This document shows, one piece after another, positions 12,555-26,400 of a stretch of 64,000 bases of DNA. A program made the translations under genes and the position numbers. Source of the DNA: Eledone cirrhosa (Eukaryota); the NCBI GenBank assembly GCA_964016885.1, contig OZ024744.1, positions 36,766,001 to 36,830,000 of the forward strand, read 5' to 3'. Every line of letters starts with the position of its first letter. Positions within the stretch are counted from its first letter, which is position 1. A model generated the notes under the pieces. That model had not been told where the DNA came from, did not search any database, and saw only the letters and a program-made list of their open reading frames with translations.

Positions 12555-13053
12555 ACAAGCGAGAAACAGACTGTCTGTCGGCCGCTCTCTGTTGTTTTTA
12601 CCGAGAATAAGTAAGTGACATATCACAACTTTAAAACTCATAGCGTACGGTCTTCTAAATGTTTTTAATCAAACATACAATATATTGCCAAATATACTAT
12701 ACATACATTCATGTATATATCTCTATTTCAGAGCACCAATACTAATACCTAATTTAAGCTGGACCGGCAATCGCTCTGTTTAATCAGCTCCTGATTATTA
12801 CTGGAATTCTATAAGAATCTACCCTTGATAATTCTTGGCAAATGTAGTGAAGTGTGTGGTCTTGATAAACACAGACAAGCGAGAAACAGACTGTCTGTTG
12901 TTTTTGCCGAGAATAAATGATATAGTCACTACTTTAAAACTCATAGCGAACAGTCTTCTAAATGTGTTTAATTAACCATACTGTATATTGCCAAATATAC
13001 TATACATACAGTCATGTATACATCTCTATTTCAGAGCACCTATACTAAAACCC
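12555..13053. repeat. Imperfect direct duplication, period about 320 bp
   Basis: acaagcgagaaacagactgtctgt...ctctatttcagagcacc occurs at about 12555-12750 and 12876-13053. Confidence 0.85.
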
Positions 13054-13156
13054 AATATATATATATATATAACAAAGAAAATGAGGTAAGAGACAAGGTG
13101 GACCATAACCTATCAGAGCAAATTATACTTAGGGTAGTAGAGTGGGTAATAGGGAA

Positions 13157-13265
13157 AGAGTCAGGACCCCGAAGGCTGAGCTCCGGCCGTTTTGACAGCC
13201 AGATCCGAACTGTTCGGATCTAGCTGTCGAAACGGCCGGAGCTCAGGCGTCGTGGTCCTGACTCT
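13157..13265. repeat. 109-bp GC-rich palindrome containing an HHR 3' half (GAAA-CGGCCG)
   Basis: Arms symmetric about 13211 with a 1-nt loop and five mismatches; related motif at about 33060-33097. Confidence 0.85.
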
Positions 13266-13268
13266 ATC

Positions 13269-13371
<103 letters not shown>

Positions 13372-13459
13372 TAAGTATTTCCGTAGAAAAGTTAAAGGAA
13401 AGAAGAGTGCTCTATGTATAGTACAGAGCTATATAATTACATAATAAAAAACTCAATAA

Positions 13460-13582
13460 AACGGTGCATTCTAGAAGCGGACTATCCTTAGGGGAAGACA
13501 TGGTCTGACATGGAATAAAAAGAATTGAAATAAAGGTATATTATTGTGATTATAGCCCGGCAACGGCGGGCTACTCAGCTAG
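13460..13582 (+). mobile_element. Helitron 3' terminus fragment
   Basis: GCCCG-gcaacgg-CGGGC hairpin, then CTAG|T at 13579-13583. Confidence 0.7.
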
Positions 13583-13588
13583 TATACA

Positions 13589-14184
<596 letters not shown>

Positions 14185-14451
14185 ATAATAATAAATGTGA
14201 AGACTAAAATCCAAAGAGGGCTCGATAAGGATAAATAAAGATCAAATATCAAAGAATCTTATTAAAATAACAGATTAAAGTTTAAGCAAAGAATCGCTGC
14301 TTTCACCCTTAACGGGATCTTCTGAAACTAAACAAATCAATCCGTGAATGCAGAAGTAAATATTTCGAGAAACTTTGCAACCAAGGAAAACAGGAAGACG
14401 ATACTTTTGTTCGTGAAGACGTTCCCTGGCAATGAACGAAAAAAAACGAAG

Positions 14452-14571
14452 GTAATTATTTCTACTTTTGGCACTAGGCCAGTAATTACCGCAGTACATT
14501 ACTGGTACTTTATTTTATCGACCCCCGTAAGGATGAAAGGCAAAGTTAGCCTCGGTGGGATTTGAACTCAG
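14452..14571 (-). mobile_element. SINE family A, partial
   Basis: Family core and B box on the minus strand. Confidence 0.85.
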
Positions 14572-15206
14572 AAAAAAGCGAAGATAATACGTAGTTATAT
14601 GGAACGTTGAGAACAATTACACGAAAGACAAAACCACGTTTATGGTATAAATGAAGTCGTAGACTAATATTATATTTAGGAAAGCGAATGATTGTCGGCT
14701 TCAGACTTAAGAATAATGTAAATAAATTAGTTGAACGAAAATGACAGAGGTTATGAATCAATAATAATTAAATTTATACTTACACGCATCCATATACGTA
14801 CATACACGTGCAAACGCGAAAATACCCGCCATGCATGCATAAACATGCACGTACACATAAACGCCCGCACATTGATCAGATCAACGGAACAGCCTGCTCG
14901 TAAAACCTGCAAGTGGCTGAGCACTCCACAGGCTCGCGTACCGTTTGCATAGTTCTCAAGGAGTTTCAGTGTGACACACACACACAGACACACAATTCTA
15001 ACAGAGGCATCAGAATACGTTCATCAGATAGAAATCTTTAATTTGAAGATGCAAATTAAAGAAGCGGACGCTGCTGTTAGAAACGTCTGAGTTCGTGAAA
15101 CTATGGGTAATGGAATAATTATATTGAGTTGTTTATTACATAATTAAATAGCTCTGTACAATACATAGAGCACTCTTGTTTACTTTACCTTTTCCACTGA
15201 AATACT

Positions 15207-15262
<56 letters not shown>

Positions 15263-15438
15263 CTATATATATATATTTTTTTTTTAAATAACAGATTAAA
15301 GTTTAAGCAACGAATCGCTGCTTTCACCCTTCACGGGATTTTCTGAGATATTTGCTCTAGGGTTCTTATATATTTGATATATATATATCTCCTTATCGAG
15401 TCCTCTTTGGATTTTAGTCTTCAAATTTATTATTATTA

Positions 15439-15493
<55 letters not shown>

Positions 15494-15693
15494 CATATAT
15501 ATGTATATATATATATATATCTACTAACGGGACCCGTGGAAATTGCACGGAGTAAAATATTAAGAGGAGCTAGAGACGTTTGCCTGTATATTATCTCTTC
15601 TGTTGTCTTAGTCTAGCTTAGTCTACAACGATATGTCTCTCTTCTTCAGTCATTTCCTCACGTCTCTATTCTCATCATCTTCTTTTCTTTCTA

Positions 15694-15915
15694 GGGCGGT
15701 TGATTGGCAGTATCGCTAGAGAGTCAGGCACCAGGCTTTGCAGCATAGAGTTACGGCCATTTATGTTCTTAGGTCAAATCCCGCCGAGGTTAATTTTGCC
15801 ATTCATCCTTACGGTGTCGATAAAATAAAGTACCAGTAATGTACAGCGGTCGATTGAATCGACTTTCCCTTCCTCATAAATTGTTGGCCTTGTCCCTATA
15901 TAAGAAACAATTATT
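15694..15915 (+). mobile_element. SINE family A, full length (longer variant)
   Basis: gattggcagtatcg A box, B box, core and tail. Confidence 0.88.
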
Positions 15916-16294
15916 TTTACTGACTGTCCGGATCTGGGGTCTGTAACTGCGCATCCTTTCTAGATCACCTTGCAACCGTCTTTCTTGGCGAAGAAAGAAT
16001 AAATATAATTTATTAAGGTTCTTCTTTGTGCAAATAATAAATGTATGTAATAAATTATTTAATATAGATATATTAGGCACATGTATAAACTGCCGAGTTA
16101 AGGGTAAATCTGTATTTGTATATATACCTTGCAACTGCGGTCGTTACATATACACACATTCACTCTCATATACTCACATACTCACATATATATATACTAA
16201 CACAAACACACACATACATGCATTCACACAAACACACACATAGCGTTTCACCATCCTCTTCCTTCTTCAGTTATCACATTCATACTCATCGTTC

Positions 16295-16398
16295 CGAGCT
16301 TAACTTTGCCTTTCAATCTGACGGGGTCGATAAAATAAAGTACCAGTAATGTACTGGTGTGATTGCTGGCCTTGTGCCAACAGTAGAAACAATTATTG
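16295..16398 (+). mobile_element. SINE family A, 3' half
   Basis: Core plus tail. Confidence 0.85.
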
Positions 16399-16673
16399 TG
16401 TGTGTGTATACATATGTATACATTTATATGTATGATATGTATATGAGTATAGAAATATAAACGCACGAACACGTAGATATATTTACACAGACATACACTC
16501 TCACATACACTCACACACATACATTCACACAAACACACACATAGCGTTTCACGACCACCTTCCTTCCTCAGTTGTTTACATGGATGTAATTATTATTTAT
16601 GTATATGTAGGTATGTGTGTGTGTATGTGTGCATGCGCGTGTGTGTATGTGTGTGTGTGTAGGTGCATTTCTG

Positions 16674-16963
<290 letters not shown>

Positions 16964-17494
16964 CAATAATTGTTTCTACTTTTGGCACAAGGCCAGCAAT
17001 CACTCCAGTGATTTACCCGGTGTTGCCCGGGGTTTGAAATTATGCTAAGAATATACAGATAGGCAGTAAAAGAAGAAAATTATTTGTCCCCAACCTGTGA
17101 AAATAAGCAGAAGTCTTCAATAAATAATGCAAACGAATATTTAGTGTAATCTTTGTACACATAAAACTATGCTGATAATGAAGGAAAACACTGAACAGGA
17201 TGTAGTTATACAAATAATTAAAGACAATACACGTTGCAAATCTGTAAAGAAACAGGCAGTTTTGCTAAAGTGCAAAAAGTTGTAATGAAAGCAGAGTTGT
17301 ATACAAACAAAAAAACAATGAGAGTAGAATAAGAGAAAATCTATTCTTTGAGAGCATCCTTTGCTGTATATGGTTAACTTTTGAACTTATAATCCAAAAT
17401 ATCTTGCATGACATATTCATTGGTATGTTTTGTAATGAGTAAGGTGAAGTCAAGGCAGAGCTGTAATAAGTGTTTTTGTTAACACTAAAGCACT

Positions 17495-17755
17495 TCAGGA
17501 TAGACGATATTCTTTGTTTTTCTTTTCGGAACAAACGCAGAGATTATCTCGACTGCCAACTCGGGAGCAGGCAACGTAGAATTGTCCGTGCGAAAAGCAA
17601 GGTTCATCCAAGTGAATTTCAGTGACGGACAGAGTTTGACCTTGCGACTTGTTTATGGACATCGCAAAGGCAACACGAAGGGGAAATTGGGTTCGGCGAA
17701 AGGAGATGGGAGTATCCACGCCTGATGTAGTCAGGCTAATTTTTGTTATTATCAC
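17495..17755 (-). pseudogene. Helitron PIF1-like helicase C-terminus
   Basis: FRRTQFPLRVAFAMSINKSQGQTLS...FSHGQFYVACSRV (SF1B motifs V/VI). Confidence 0.9.
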
Positions 17756-18441
17756 ATCCTCGCCTTTTCTACATCCGGATTGGGTAAATTAACCTTACCA
17801 TTGGAGCAGCACATTCCAGCCGATTCTCCCGCCCACTTTTTAGCTTTACAATGTTGGCAAATATTTGACATGGCATATATTTCAATATCAGGATGGATTT
17901 GATAGTTTATATTAGAGTCATAATTAACTGCCTTAAGGTACCATCGCGAGCGTGATGCCTTTGAAATACCCCGCGAGAAAGCTCTACGTTGAGCGTTACC
18001 CTCCAGCCGAATAGCTCGACTTGTTACAGTCTCTACAGCTCGTGCTGTAGCAGTAGCTGAAGCATTTCTCAGTTGGCGCCTTTGACGTTCTTGCTCAGTC
18101 TCAATTGCTCTTGCTGCAACATTAGCTGAAGCATTACGCGCACAGCGTGTTTCATATTTTTGTACTGTCTCTGCAGATCTTGCTGCAACAGTATCAGTAG
18201 AATCCACAGCACGGCGTGTTTCACGTTGCTCTGTAGTCTCTGCAGCTCGTGTTGCAGCAGTTGCATTAGCATTATTGGTTCGCCGCACTAACCGACACTC
18301 AGCGGCGGACAAAGATGTTGCAATAACTGTACTCACCGCATTTTGTGATTGTCTATTTTCGGTTATCGGCGGAGCGTCATTTACACGCATTGTTTTCTTC
18401 GACCGTGAGGTCAAAGTCCGAGAGCCAATATGAGCATACAT
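17752..18441 (-). pseudogene. Helitron RepHel N-terminal region
   Basis: ET.EQRE.R repeats and a CQHC.AKKW.GES.GMCCSNGKVNLP zinc motif; homologous to 62166-62800. Confidence 0.85.
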
Positions 18442-18827
18442 TCTTTAGTGAAAAATTGTAAAGTCAAAATGTATGAATTGAAGCGTTACAGTAAAATTAA
18501 AAATATACTGGCAAAACTTAAAAAATCCTTTGAATAACTACATCCTGTTCAGTATGTTCCTTCATTGTCAAAAAAATTTGATGTGTCAAAAAAATTTGAT
18601 GTACATGTGTACAAGCATAGATAATGACTGCCTCAAATATGGACGAAATTACTTTAAAAATGTAAAAGTTGTAGGTCCCAATGGTTTGAATGGAAAGTCC
18701 CATAAGGATTGTTCTTAAAATAAACAAACCATCATCAAAATCTCGTCAATGCAAGACTGCTGCGAGATTAGGACCTTACCGCGAAAATTAACACTTAATA
18801 TAGTGAAACAAGTTTTAACTTATAACC

Positions 18828-19005
18828 TGTAAAACCTTCAAAGTCGGTATCGCTACTTTCATAAGACATGTTGATACAAACAAAAAATTTGTTGCACTTT
18901 CAAAGTTAAAAAACACTTGTTTTTTAACTTTGAAAGTGCAACAAATTTTTTGTTTGTATCAACATGACTTATGAAAGTAGCGATACCGACTTTGAAGGTT
19001 TTACA
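18828..19005. repeat. 178-bp near-perfect palindrome inside the Helitron
   Basis: 88-bp arms, 2-nt loop at 18916-18917, one mismatch. Confidence 0.95.
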
Positions 19006-19378
19006 CACGACGACATTTAGAATAAACAAGAAACAAACGATAATATTAGTGATTTATATTCAAATGCATCTGATGTTTATATAACTGAAATTTCGTCCGA
19101 CGATGATTGTTGTTTTAAAATTGAAAACGAAGGTCTCCATATCTCACTCTCTTTATAAGGATTGTCAATAAAGTTGGTTATCTCCCATACATCAATTTTG
19201 CTACCGATAATTTTAATATCAATTTTTAATTGCTGGACGTGGGTCGAATTGAAAAATGTTTGTGATGTGACCATCTTAGCGAGCTGTGCAACGTGCACAG
19301 AAGATTTGGTCAAATTCGGTTGGTAATTGTAAAAGCCTTAGGAATCCAAAATTGTACACAGACACACACACATCCTAG

Positions 19379-19413
<35 letters not shown>

Positions 19414-19422
19414 GCACGCTTT

Positions 19423-19453
<31 letters not shown>

Positions 19454-19469
19454 CGCTATGAGTATTGCA

Positions 19470-19660
19470 ATCGGTTGTGAGATTCAGACGTGTGACGCTC
19501 GGATATGGCTTTTCAAGCCTGCTATAGACTTTCACTCCTTCGCACATCGGGGTGCCCCTGAGAACCTTTCACAATACCGTGGAGATCATAGTTCACTGGT
19601 TCTCTCTGAACATATCTGCACCTGTGGCCCCTAAGACCGGAGCCACAGTTTCAGCTATGT
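19470..19660 (-). mobile_element. Possible RTE LINE 3' end fragment (C2H2 finger)
   Basis: Minus frame reads CAKE*KSIAGLKSHIR, resembling the terminal zinc finger at about 57200-57270. Confidence 0.35.
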
Positions 19661-19721
19661 TCACATACATACACACATACATACATACATACATTATATA
19701 CATACATATGTATATATGTAT

Positions 19722-19877
<156 letters not shown>

Positions 19878-19919
19878 GATATTAAACAAATGGAAACTAT
19901 ATTTATAAAACCATATTTA

Positions 19920-19982
19920 TTTCCTTATACATATTTTAGGGATACCATATTAGAAATATGGCATGCCTTCTTCAGATAAAAT
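19920..19982 (-). ncRNA. Type I HHR of PLE-2, element-sense copy (G12 mutated)
   Basis: Reverse complement of 24373-24436, but GAAA reads AAAA. Confidence 0.55.
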
Positions 19983-21339
19983 ACAATATATAAGCAGTTT
20001 TATAAATAAATTTGACGTACCATGAATATTGTTCAACTTCCATTTAAAAAAGTTGGTTTGGTAGTGAAATGTTTGTAAATATTTAGTGTTAAGCACAGTT
20101 AAAAAAGAAAGACGGAGAGAAGGAATAAATGTCTGTAAAGAAAAACAGAGAGAGATAGAGAGAGATATGGGAGAGAGATATAGTGAGGGGGTGAAAAATG
20201 AGAGGCAGCTGGGGCAACAGATGAATAACAATAATAATAATAATAATTCATCATACAAATTGAGAGATTAAGGAGGGAGGGAGTACTGTAATTATTTATT
20301 TATTCATTTATTTAGTTATAGTGTTAAGGAGACGGAGAGAAACAAAAAATAAATAAAGAGAAAACAGCGATAGTCAAATTTTCTTTATAGAGGGTGGAGA
20401 AGAAAGAGTTATATCAAGAGAGAAGGATGACAGATTTATAACTTTACGTTATGTCCTATCAGTTTGAATTATCAATTCATATGAATTGGGTATTATAATG
20501 TAAATATCAATATTCATGAATGAGATATATAATGTGTGAAAAATAATGACCATATGTTTAGTTTAAAAATTCTTAGGTCGATATATCAAAACCTGAGATA
20601 AAACTTCAAAAATACATAAGTATATATGTACTTTCCGGAAAAAAAAGAAAGATAGAGAAAAAGAAAAAGAGAAGGTCATCTCAAGTTCTAGTTGACACTA
20701 TAGATATACACGTGAACTTACGTGATCAGCTCTGTAATTTCTTATTTCACATGAACAAATTTTCCCTTGCGTTATAAAAGATATTACTATATATATATAT
20801 ATATATACATACATATACATACATAAAAATATATATTAATATAATTTATTAATATTCCTGCACTCACATACTTGATTATCGTTCATGTATAGAATAGACA
20901 ACAGACATTAATATGTCAAAACGCTAAGAATACTTTCATCACTCCCTAGATTATCAAGGGCCTTAAAAAAACACAGTATGCGCCCCATATCGACCACAGA
21001 AATCAACCCTTCCAATTTATCTGACAATATATTGCCAAGTTCATTAGAAGCAATCAGAATAAAAAAAAAAAAAAAAAACCAAAATTATTCAACAAGACTT
21101 AATTAGCAGAAATCATTTAAAAGATTTAGGAGACCCTGTTGTTCTACAAATGCTCTTATATTTAGTATAGAAGTTTATCTAGCGTAAAATTTATTTAATA
21201 GATTGGGAGCATCAACATTTTAGGGTAGTTTAATTACATCATTAGTATATATTTATGAAGGTTTAAAAAGAAAAAGTTGAAGGAATCGAAAGATTTATCG
21301 TCAGGATACATAATTAATTAAATATTTTAACTAAATATA

Positions 21340-21780
21340 CTACATTTTAAATTTATATTTATATTTAAACGTTGAGTTCAATCTATGTCTGCAGCAACTG
21401 AATAAATTGCTCCTTAGATTAAGGGAATTTTTAGATTTTAATATAAAGAATATCTCCTCCACGCAGAGGTCACATGTCTCAGATGAAGAATTAAAAGGAA
21501 TCCCTCTTGAGACTATATTCCAATACAACGAATATCCAACGTTATCATGTTTAAGTTGCCAGAGTAAGCCCTATAGTGAAGTTGAAGATTTTTTGCCTGG
21601 ATCTGTGAAAGAATTCTTATGATTATTATAGCGAAGTTTAAATTCTGTCGAGGTGGAACCAACATAGTTAAAAGAATTTAAGCCAGTTTTATTATTACAA
21701 TTGTATATTATATTTTTAACTAAGAAATTGTTATTTAACGGACATTTAGATTTATTTCTACAGTTACAGTTGTTTAATTG
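21340..21780 (-). pseudogene. PLE-2 Cys linker plus GIY-YIG endonuclease
   Basis: CNCR....CPL, NIIY...YVGSTSTEFKLRYNNHKNSF, C-x2-C..EE, LN.RS....CRH. Confidence 0.85.
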
Positions 21781-21894
21781 AATATTGTTTAGGCTATTAT
21801 CGGTATTTTGGCTAGGTTTTAGATTCCTATTATTTATTCTATTAATATTTTGTGCTAAATTTTTGGTGAACGAGTAAGTTAATTTTATAGTATG

Positions 21895-23029
21895 TCAATT
21901 AAAAATTGAGTGACATTTATGTGTTCTAGGGAAGCGTTTGTCAAGAGCATTAAAAAATAGTTTAGCAATGTGGGTTTTAATATTTAGTGAGAAAGGGGGG
22001 GCAAACCATATTATATTTCTAGTTCTATTTCTTTTCTGGCTTTTAGAATTATTGTAATGCTTTCTATTATAGTTGTTAAAGTTGTTACCGTAATTAAAAT
22101 TGTTGTTATTTTGGTTAGTTTGCCTATTATTATCGATGTACATAATTTTATCACTATATCCTGCTCTAGCTAACGCTTCATTGTAATACTGCGCTTTTTC
22201 GTCGAAAATATTTTTATTAGATGAAATTCTTGAGATACATTCTTGAACAGAGTTCACTATAGTATTTTTAACAGATCTGGGGTGATTAGAGTTAAAACAG
22301 ACATAATTCAAGTTTTCATTTAGTTTGTGAAATGGATGTGTTGAGATTTAGTGTTACATCTAGGAAATTGACTATTCTATGGTTATTCTCTATTTCTATT
22401 TTTAGATTAAGGTAATTAAAAAATTGTATAATTTGTTTTCTTTTTCTATTTAGTTCAGAGTTATTATTTTCAATAAGTAAAAGCATGTCATCACGATATA
22501 ATCCTCCGGTTACACCAGGTATTTTTCTATTCAGCGAATTAATTATAAATAGGCCCACAAGGTCCGTTACCTGAGCTGAGTCAGATGATCCCATAGTAAT
22601 GTCGAAATGATTATCTCTATCTGCCCTAGTCCATAGTTGGTTATTAAATTCTATCAATGTTTTCCTTGCCGATAATATAATGTGCATTTCATTGCTAGTT
22701 AGGTCTGTATGTTTGAATGCGTAATTTAGTGCCTTATTTAGTAGATTAGGGGTAATAGATGAATAGTCGTTAGCAATATCTAGTTGAATAAATTTATTAT
22801 TATTGTTATATTTAATTTCTTTAAACCACTCAATGACCTCACCAGTTCCCTTCCACAAGTTTAAGTTAGGTAAACCATGTAAGTTTTTAACCTGCTGTAT
22901 CACCCTGTCTAGAATGTTTTTGCTAAGTTTACCCAGGTCAGATTTTGATGGTGCAATCAATCTGACAGGCAAATCATTTTCAAAATTTCTTTTGTGATCT
23001 TTCATATTGATCTTGGGTTTCCTAGGCAA
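21895..23029 (-). pseudogene. PLE-2 reverse transcriptase
   Basis: KDHK..F....PVRLI.PSKS.LGK.SK, LDI..YSSI, ITMGS.DSAQV.DLVGL, GLYRDD, NFLDVTLNL, YV..NSNHP, IIWFAPPFS. Confidence 0.92.
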
Positions 23030-24372
23030 GAAGGGTTGTAATTATGTAACCTGACGATAAATCTTTCGATTCCTTCAACTTTTTCTTTTTAAACCTTCAT
23101 AAATATATACTAATGATGTAATTAAACTACCCTAAAATGTTGATGCCCCCAATCTATTAAATAAATTTTACGCTAGATAAACTTCTATACTAAATATAAG
23201 AGCATTTGTAGAACAACAGGGTTTCCTAAATCTTTTAAATGATTTCTGCTAATTAAGTCTTGTTGAATAATTTTGGTTTTTTGTTTGTTTTTTTTATTCT
23301 GATTGCTTCTAATGAACTTGGCAATATATTGTCAGATAAATTGGAAGGGTTGATTTCTGTGGTCGATATGGGGCGCATACTGTGTTTTTTTAAGGCCCTT
23401 GATAATCTAGGGAGTGATGAAAGTATTCTTAGCGTTTTGATATATTAATGTCTGCTGTCTATTCTATACATGAACGATAATCATGTATGTGAGTGCAGGA
23501 ATATTAATAAATTATATTAATATATATTTTTATGTATGTATATGTATGTATATATATATATATATAGTAATATCTTTTATAACTCAAGGGAAAGTTTTTT
23601 CATGTGAAATAAGAAATTACAGAGCTGATCACGTAAGTTCACGTGTATATCTATAGTGTCAACTAGAACTTGAGATGACCTTCTCTTTTTCTTTTTCTCT
23701 ATCTTTCTTTTTTTTTCCGGAAAGTACATATATACTTATGTATTTTTGAAGTTTTATCTCAGGTTTTGATATATCGACCTAAGAATTTTTAAACTAAACA
23801 TATGGTCATTATTTTTCACACATTATATATCTCATTCATGAATATTGATATTTACATTATAATACCCAATTCATATGAATTGATAATTCAAACTGATAGG
23901 ACATAACGTAAAGTTATAAATCTGTCATCCTTCTCTCTTGATATAACTCTTTCTTCTCCACCCTCTATAAAGAAAATTTAACTATCGCTGTTTTCTCTTT
24001 ATTTATTTTTTGTTTCTCTCCGTCTCCTTAACACTATAACTAAATAAATGAATAAATAAATAATTACAGTACTCCCTCCCTCCTTAATCTCTCAATTTGT
24101 ATGATGAATTATTATTATTATTATTGTTATTCATCTGTTGCCCCAGCTGCTTCTCATTTTTCACCCCCTCACTATTTCTCTCTCCCATATCTCTCTCTAT
24201 CTCTCTCTGTTTTTCTTTACAGACATTTATTCCTTCTCTCCGTCTTTCTTTTTTAACTGTGCTTAACACTAAATATTTACAAACATTTCACTACCAAACC
24301 AACTTTTTTAAATGGAAGTTGAACAATATTCATGGTACGTCAAATTTATTTATAAAACTGCTTATATATTGT

Positions 24373-24436
24373 ATTTTATCTGAAGAAGGCATGCCATATT
24401 TCTAATATGGTATCCCTGAAATATGTATAAGGAAAT
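24373..24436 (+). ncRNA. Type I HHR of PLE-2, inverted-arm copy with intact core
   Basis: CUGAAGA at 24380, stem II AGG..CCAUAUU/AAUAUGG..CCU, GAAA at 24418, short near-palindromic stem III, AUA triplet, imperfect stem I. Confidence 0.7.
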
Positions 24437-24564
24437 AAATATGGATTTATAAATATAGTTTCCATTTGTTTAATATCGTATATCTACTCCAAAACATGTT
24501 GAGTGCTTTATATCAGTTATAAAATATGTATTCGTTGTAACCCAACAATTTTAAATAAAACTTT

Positions 24565-24615
<51 letters not shown>

Positions 24616-24635
24616 TGTATATATATATATATATT

Positions 24636-25070
24636 CTAGCTGAACTATCCAGCTTCGGCCGGTTTATCAGATGATAAGAGAAAACAGGTAGAAGAGAAAA
24701 TGACTGTATTGGATCCACTGTCTGGTTTACTGTATGAGGCGAAACCGTGGTATTGTGTGTAAATAAGCAGTAAAAAATCTTCCAGATACACCAGATTCTA
24801 CGTTTTACCGTTTGTGCATAATATATGAAGATTTCTAGGTGTTCCCACTCAGGAACAACCTACATATAACTGTCCATGGGCAAAAAGCGATTCTCTCATA
24901 TTCAATTCTACAACTTTGACGCTCTAAGCCTGAACTTTATTTTTGGTCATAGCAAAACTGGCTCTAACAGGAAACTAAAGTCTTGAGAATTTGAAAGGCA
25001 CTTATATACAAAATGTGACGTCGTCGTCATGTTAGAAAATATCTGTTTATTTATAGTTGTCTATAGTAGA
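24636..25070 (-). mobile_element. Short non-autonomous Helitron
   Basis: Minus strand A|TCTACTATAG start; CCGGC-cgaa-GCTGG hairpin, then CTAG end (flanking base A rather than T). Confidence 0.55.
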
Positions 25071-25146
25071 TTATTTTAGATAAAGCTTTATCATAAAGAA
25101 AAGACAGTGAGACAAAAATTTCCGATACATATATATATATACTTAC

Positions 25147-25256
<110 letters not shown>

Positions 25257-25323
25257 GTGTGTGTGCGTGTGTGTGTGCGTGTGTGTGCGTGTGTGTGTGC
25301 GTGTGTGTGTGTATGTATGTATG

Positions 25324-25367
25324 TTCTTCTGGTTTTATAATTTTTATTTTTTTACAAATACAGAGAG

Positions 25368-25443
<76 letters not shown>

Positions 25444-25620
25444 GAGGGAGAGAGTCAGTTTCTAACATAGACACAAGACTCTCTCATTGGAATTTACACA
25501 ACATCAACTAGGTAGATATGTATGTATGTCTGCAGACGGGCAGGTGTGTGAAGGTGTGGATGTTATTGTATATGTGGATGTGGATGTTTTCAGTTATATA
25601 TATCATGTGCATATGCTTTG
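25324..25620 (-). mobile_element. 5'-truncated 3' UTR copy of the R4/Dong-like LINE, with a (GA)n expansion
   Basis: Matches about 33930-34160; flanked on both sides by (TATG)n. Confidence 0.8.
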
Positions 25621-26049
25621 TATGTATGTATGTATGTATGTATGTATGTATGTATGTATGTATGTATGTATGTATGTATGTATTCTTTAACGAAGAAAAA
25701 GCACTGGATATCTTGAAATGGAGTCTGTATATTTTAACAGAAGTTGAATATTTTCTGATTGCAAAACTACTTACTATTTACTCTGCCGATTATTCAAACG
25801 ACTGATGTAATGTAGCGACGTGATAATATATATTAAGTGTGTTTATAAGTGTGGTAGTATCATTAATCTTAGACATTTAATTTGTTTACATGAATCAATA
25901 TAACGTGTCTTTAGTATCATATGTGTAAAATACATAAAACCAAGTATGTGTGGTTATTGTTACTAACATTTTATGGTTGCTGAATTTTTAATTATATCTG
26001 ACCATCTTCTTCTTGTGACGCTAAACTCCCTTTGTGGTATTAACATGTG

Positions 26050-26400
26050 ATATCACTCTCTCCACAAAGTTCGATCACCGGCAGCCGAGTTTAAAGAGCA
26101 AAGATCAAGTCCAGTCCATTATCAAGCCATCGTTTTGGTTACCGGCCTCCGCTTCTCTTACTAGCATAACCTACTCACACCACGAGTTGATCTTTTTATA
26201 TGGCCGTATAGTTTGAGTATTCTTGCCTTGACAATTGATGTAATTGGTCTAAATTTGGTAACGTTGAGCAGATCACTGATACTGATACGGTGGCTGAGCC
26301 GCTTGCCAGTCATAAGTCTCATGATGTGGTTCTGTAATATAGAGAGCTTCTGACCATCTTCAGTGCAGGTTAAATCGGTTATATGGGAAATTGAATATTT
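26050..26400 (-). mobile_element. RTE-clade LINE 3' fragment
   Basis: KL..LQNHIMRLMTG...RISI..L...ILKLYGHIKR...GR*PKRWLD. Confidence 0.6.

Larger units (their letters stand above)
17005..19392 (-). mobile_element. Internally deleted Helitron
   Basis: 5' TATATATAAAAGCTAGGATGTGTG end at about 19392; 3' hairpin CCCGG-gcaaca-CCGGG plus CTGG at about 17005; RepHel N-terminus joined directly to the helicase C-terminus. Confidence 0.85.

Noticed and set aside
15522-15560. Possible Helitron 3' end on the minus strand (CCGTG..CACGG hairpin)
   Set aside because: The terminus reads TTAG rather than CTRR and no matching 5' end was found.
16240-16575. Two minus-strand CUGA(A/G)GA...GAAACGCUA motifs next to (CA)n
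   Set aside because: Stem II and stem I pair poorly in both copies; cannot be supported as HHRs without a family alignment.
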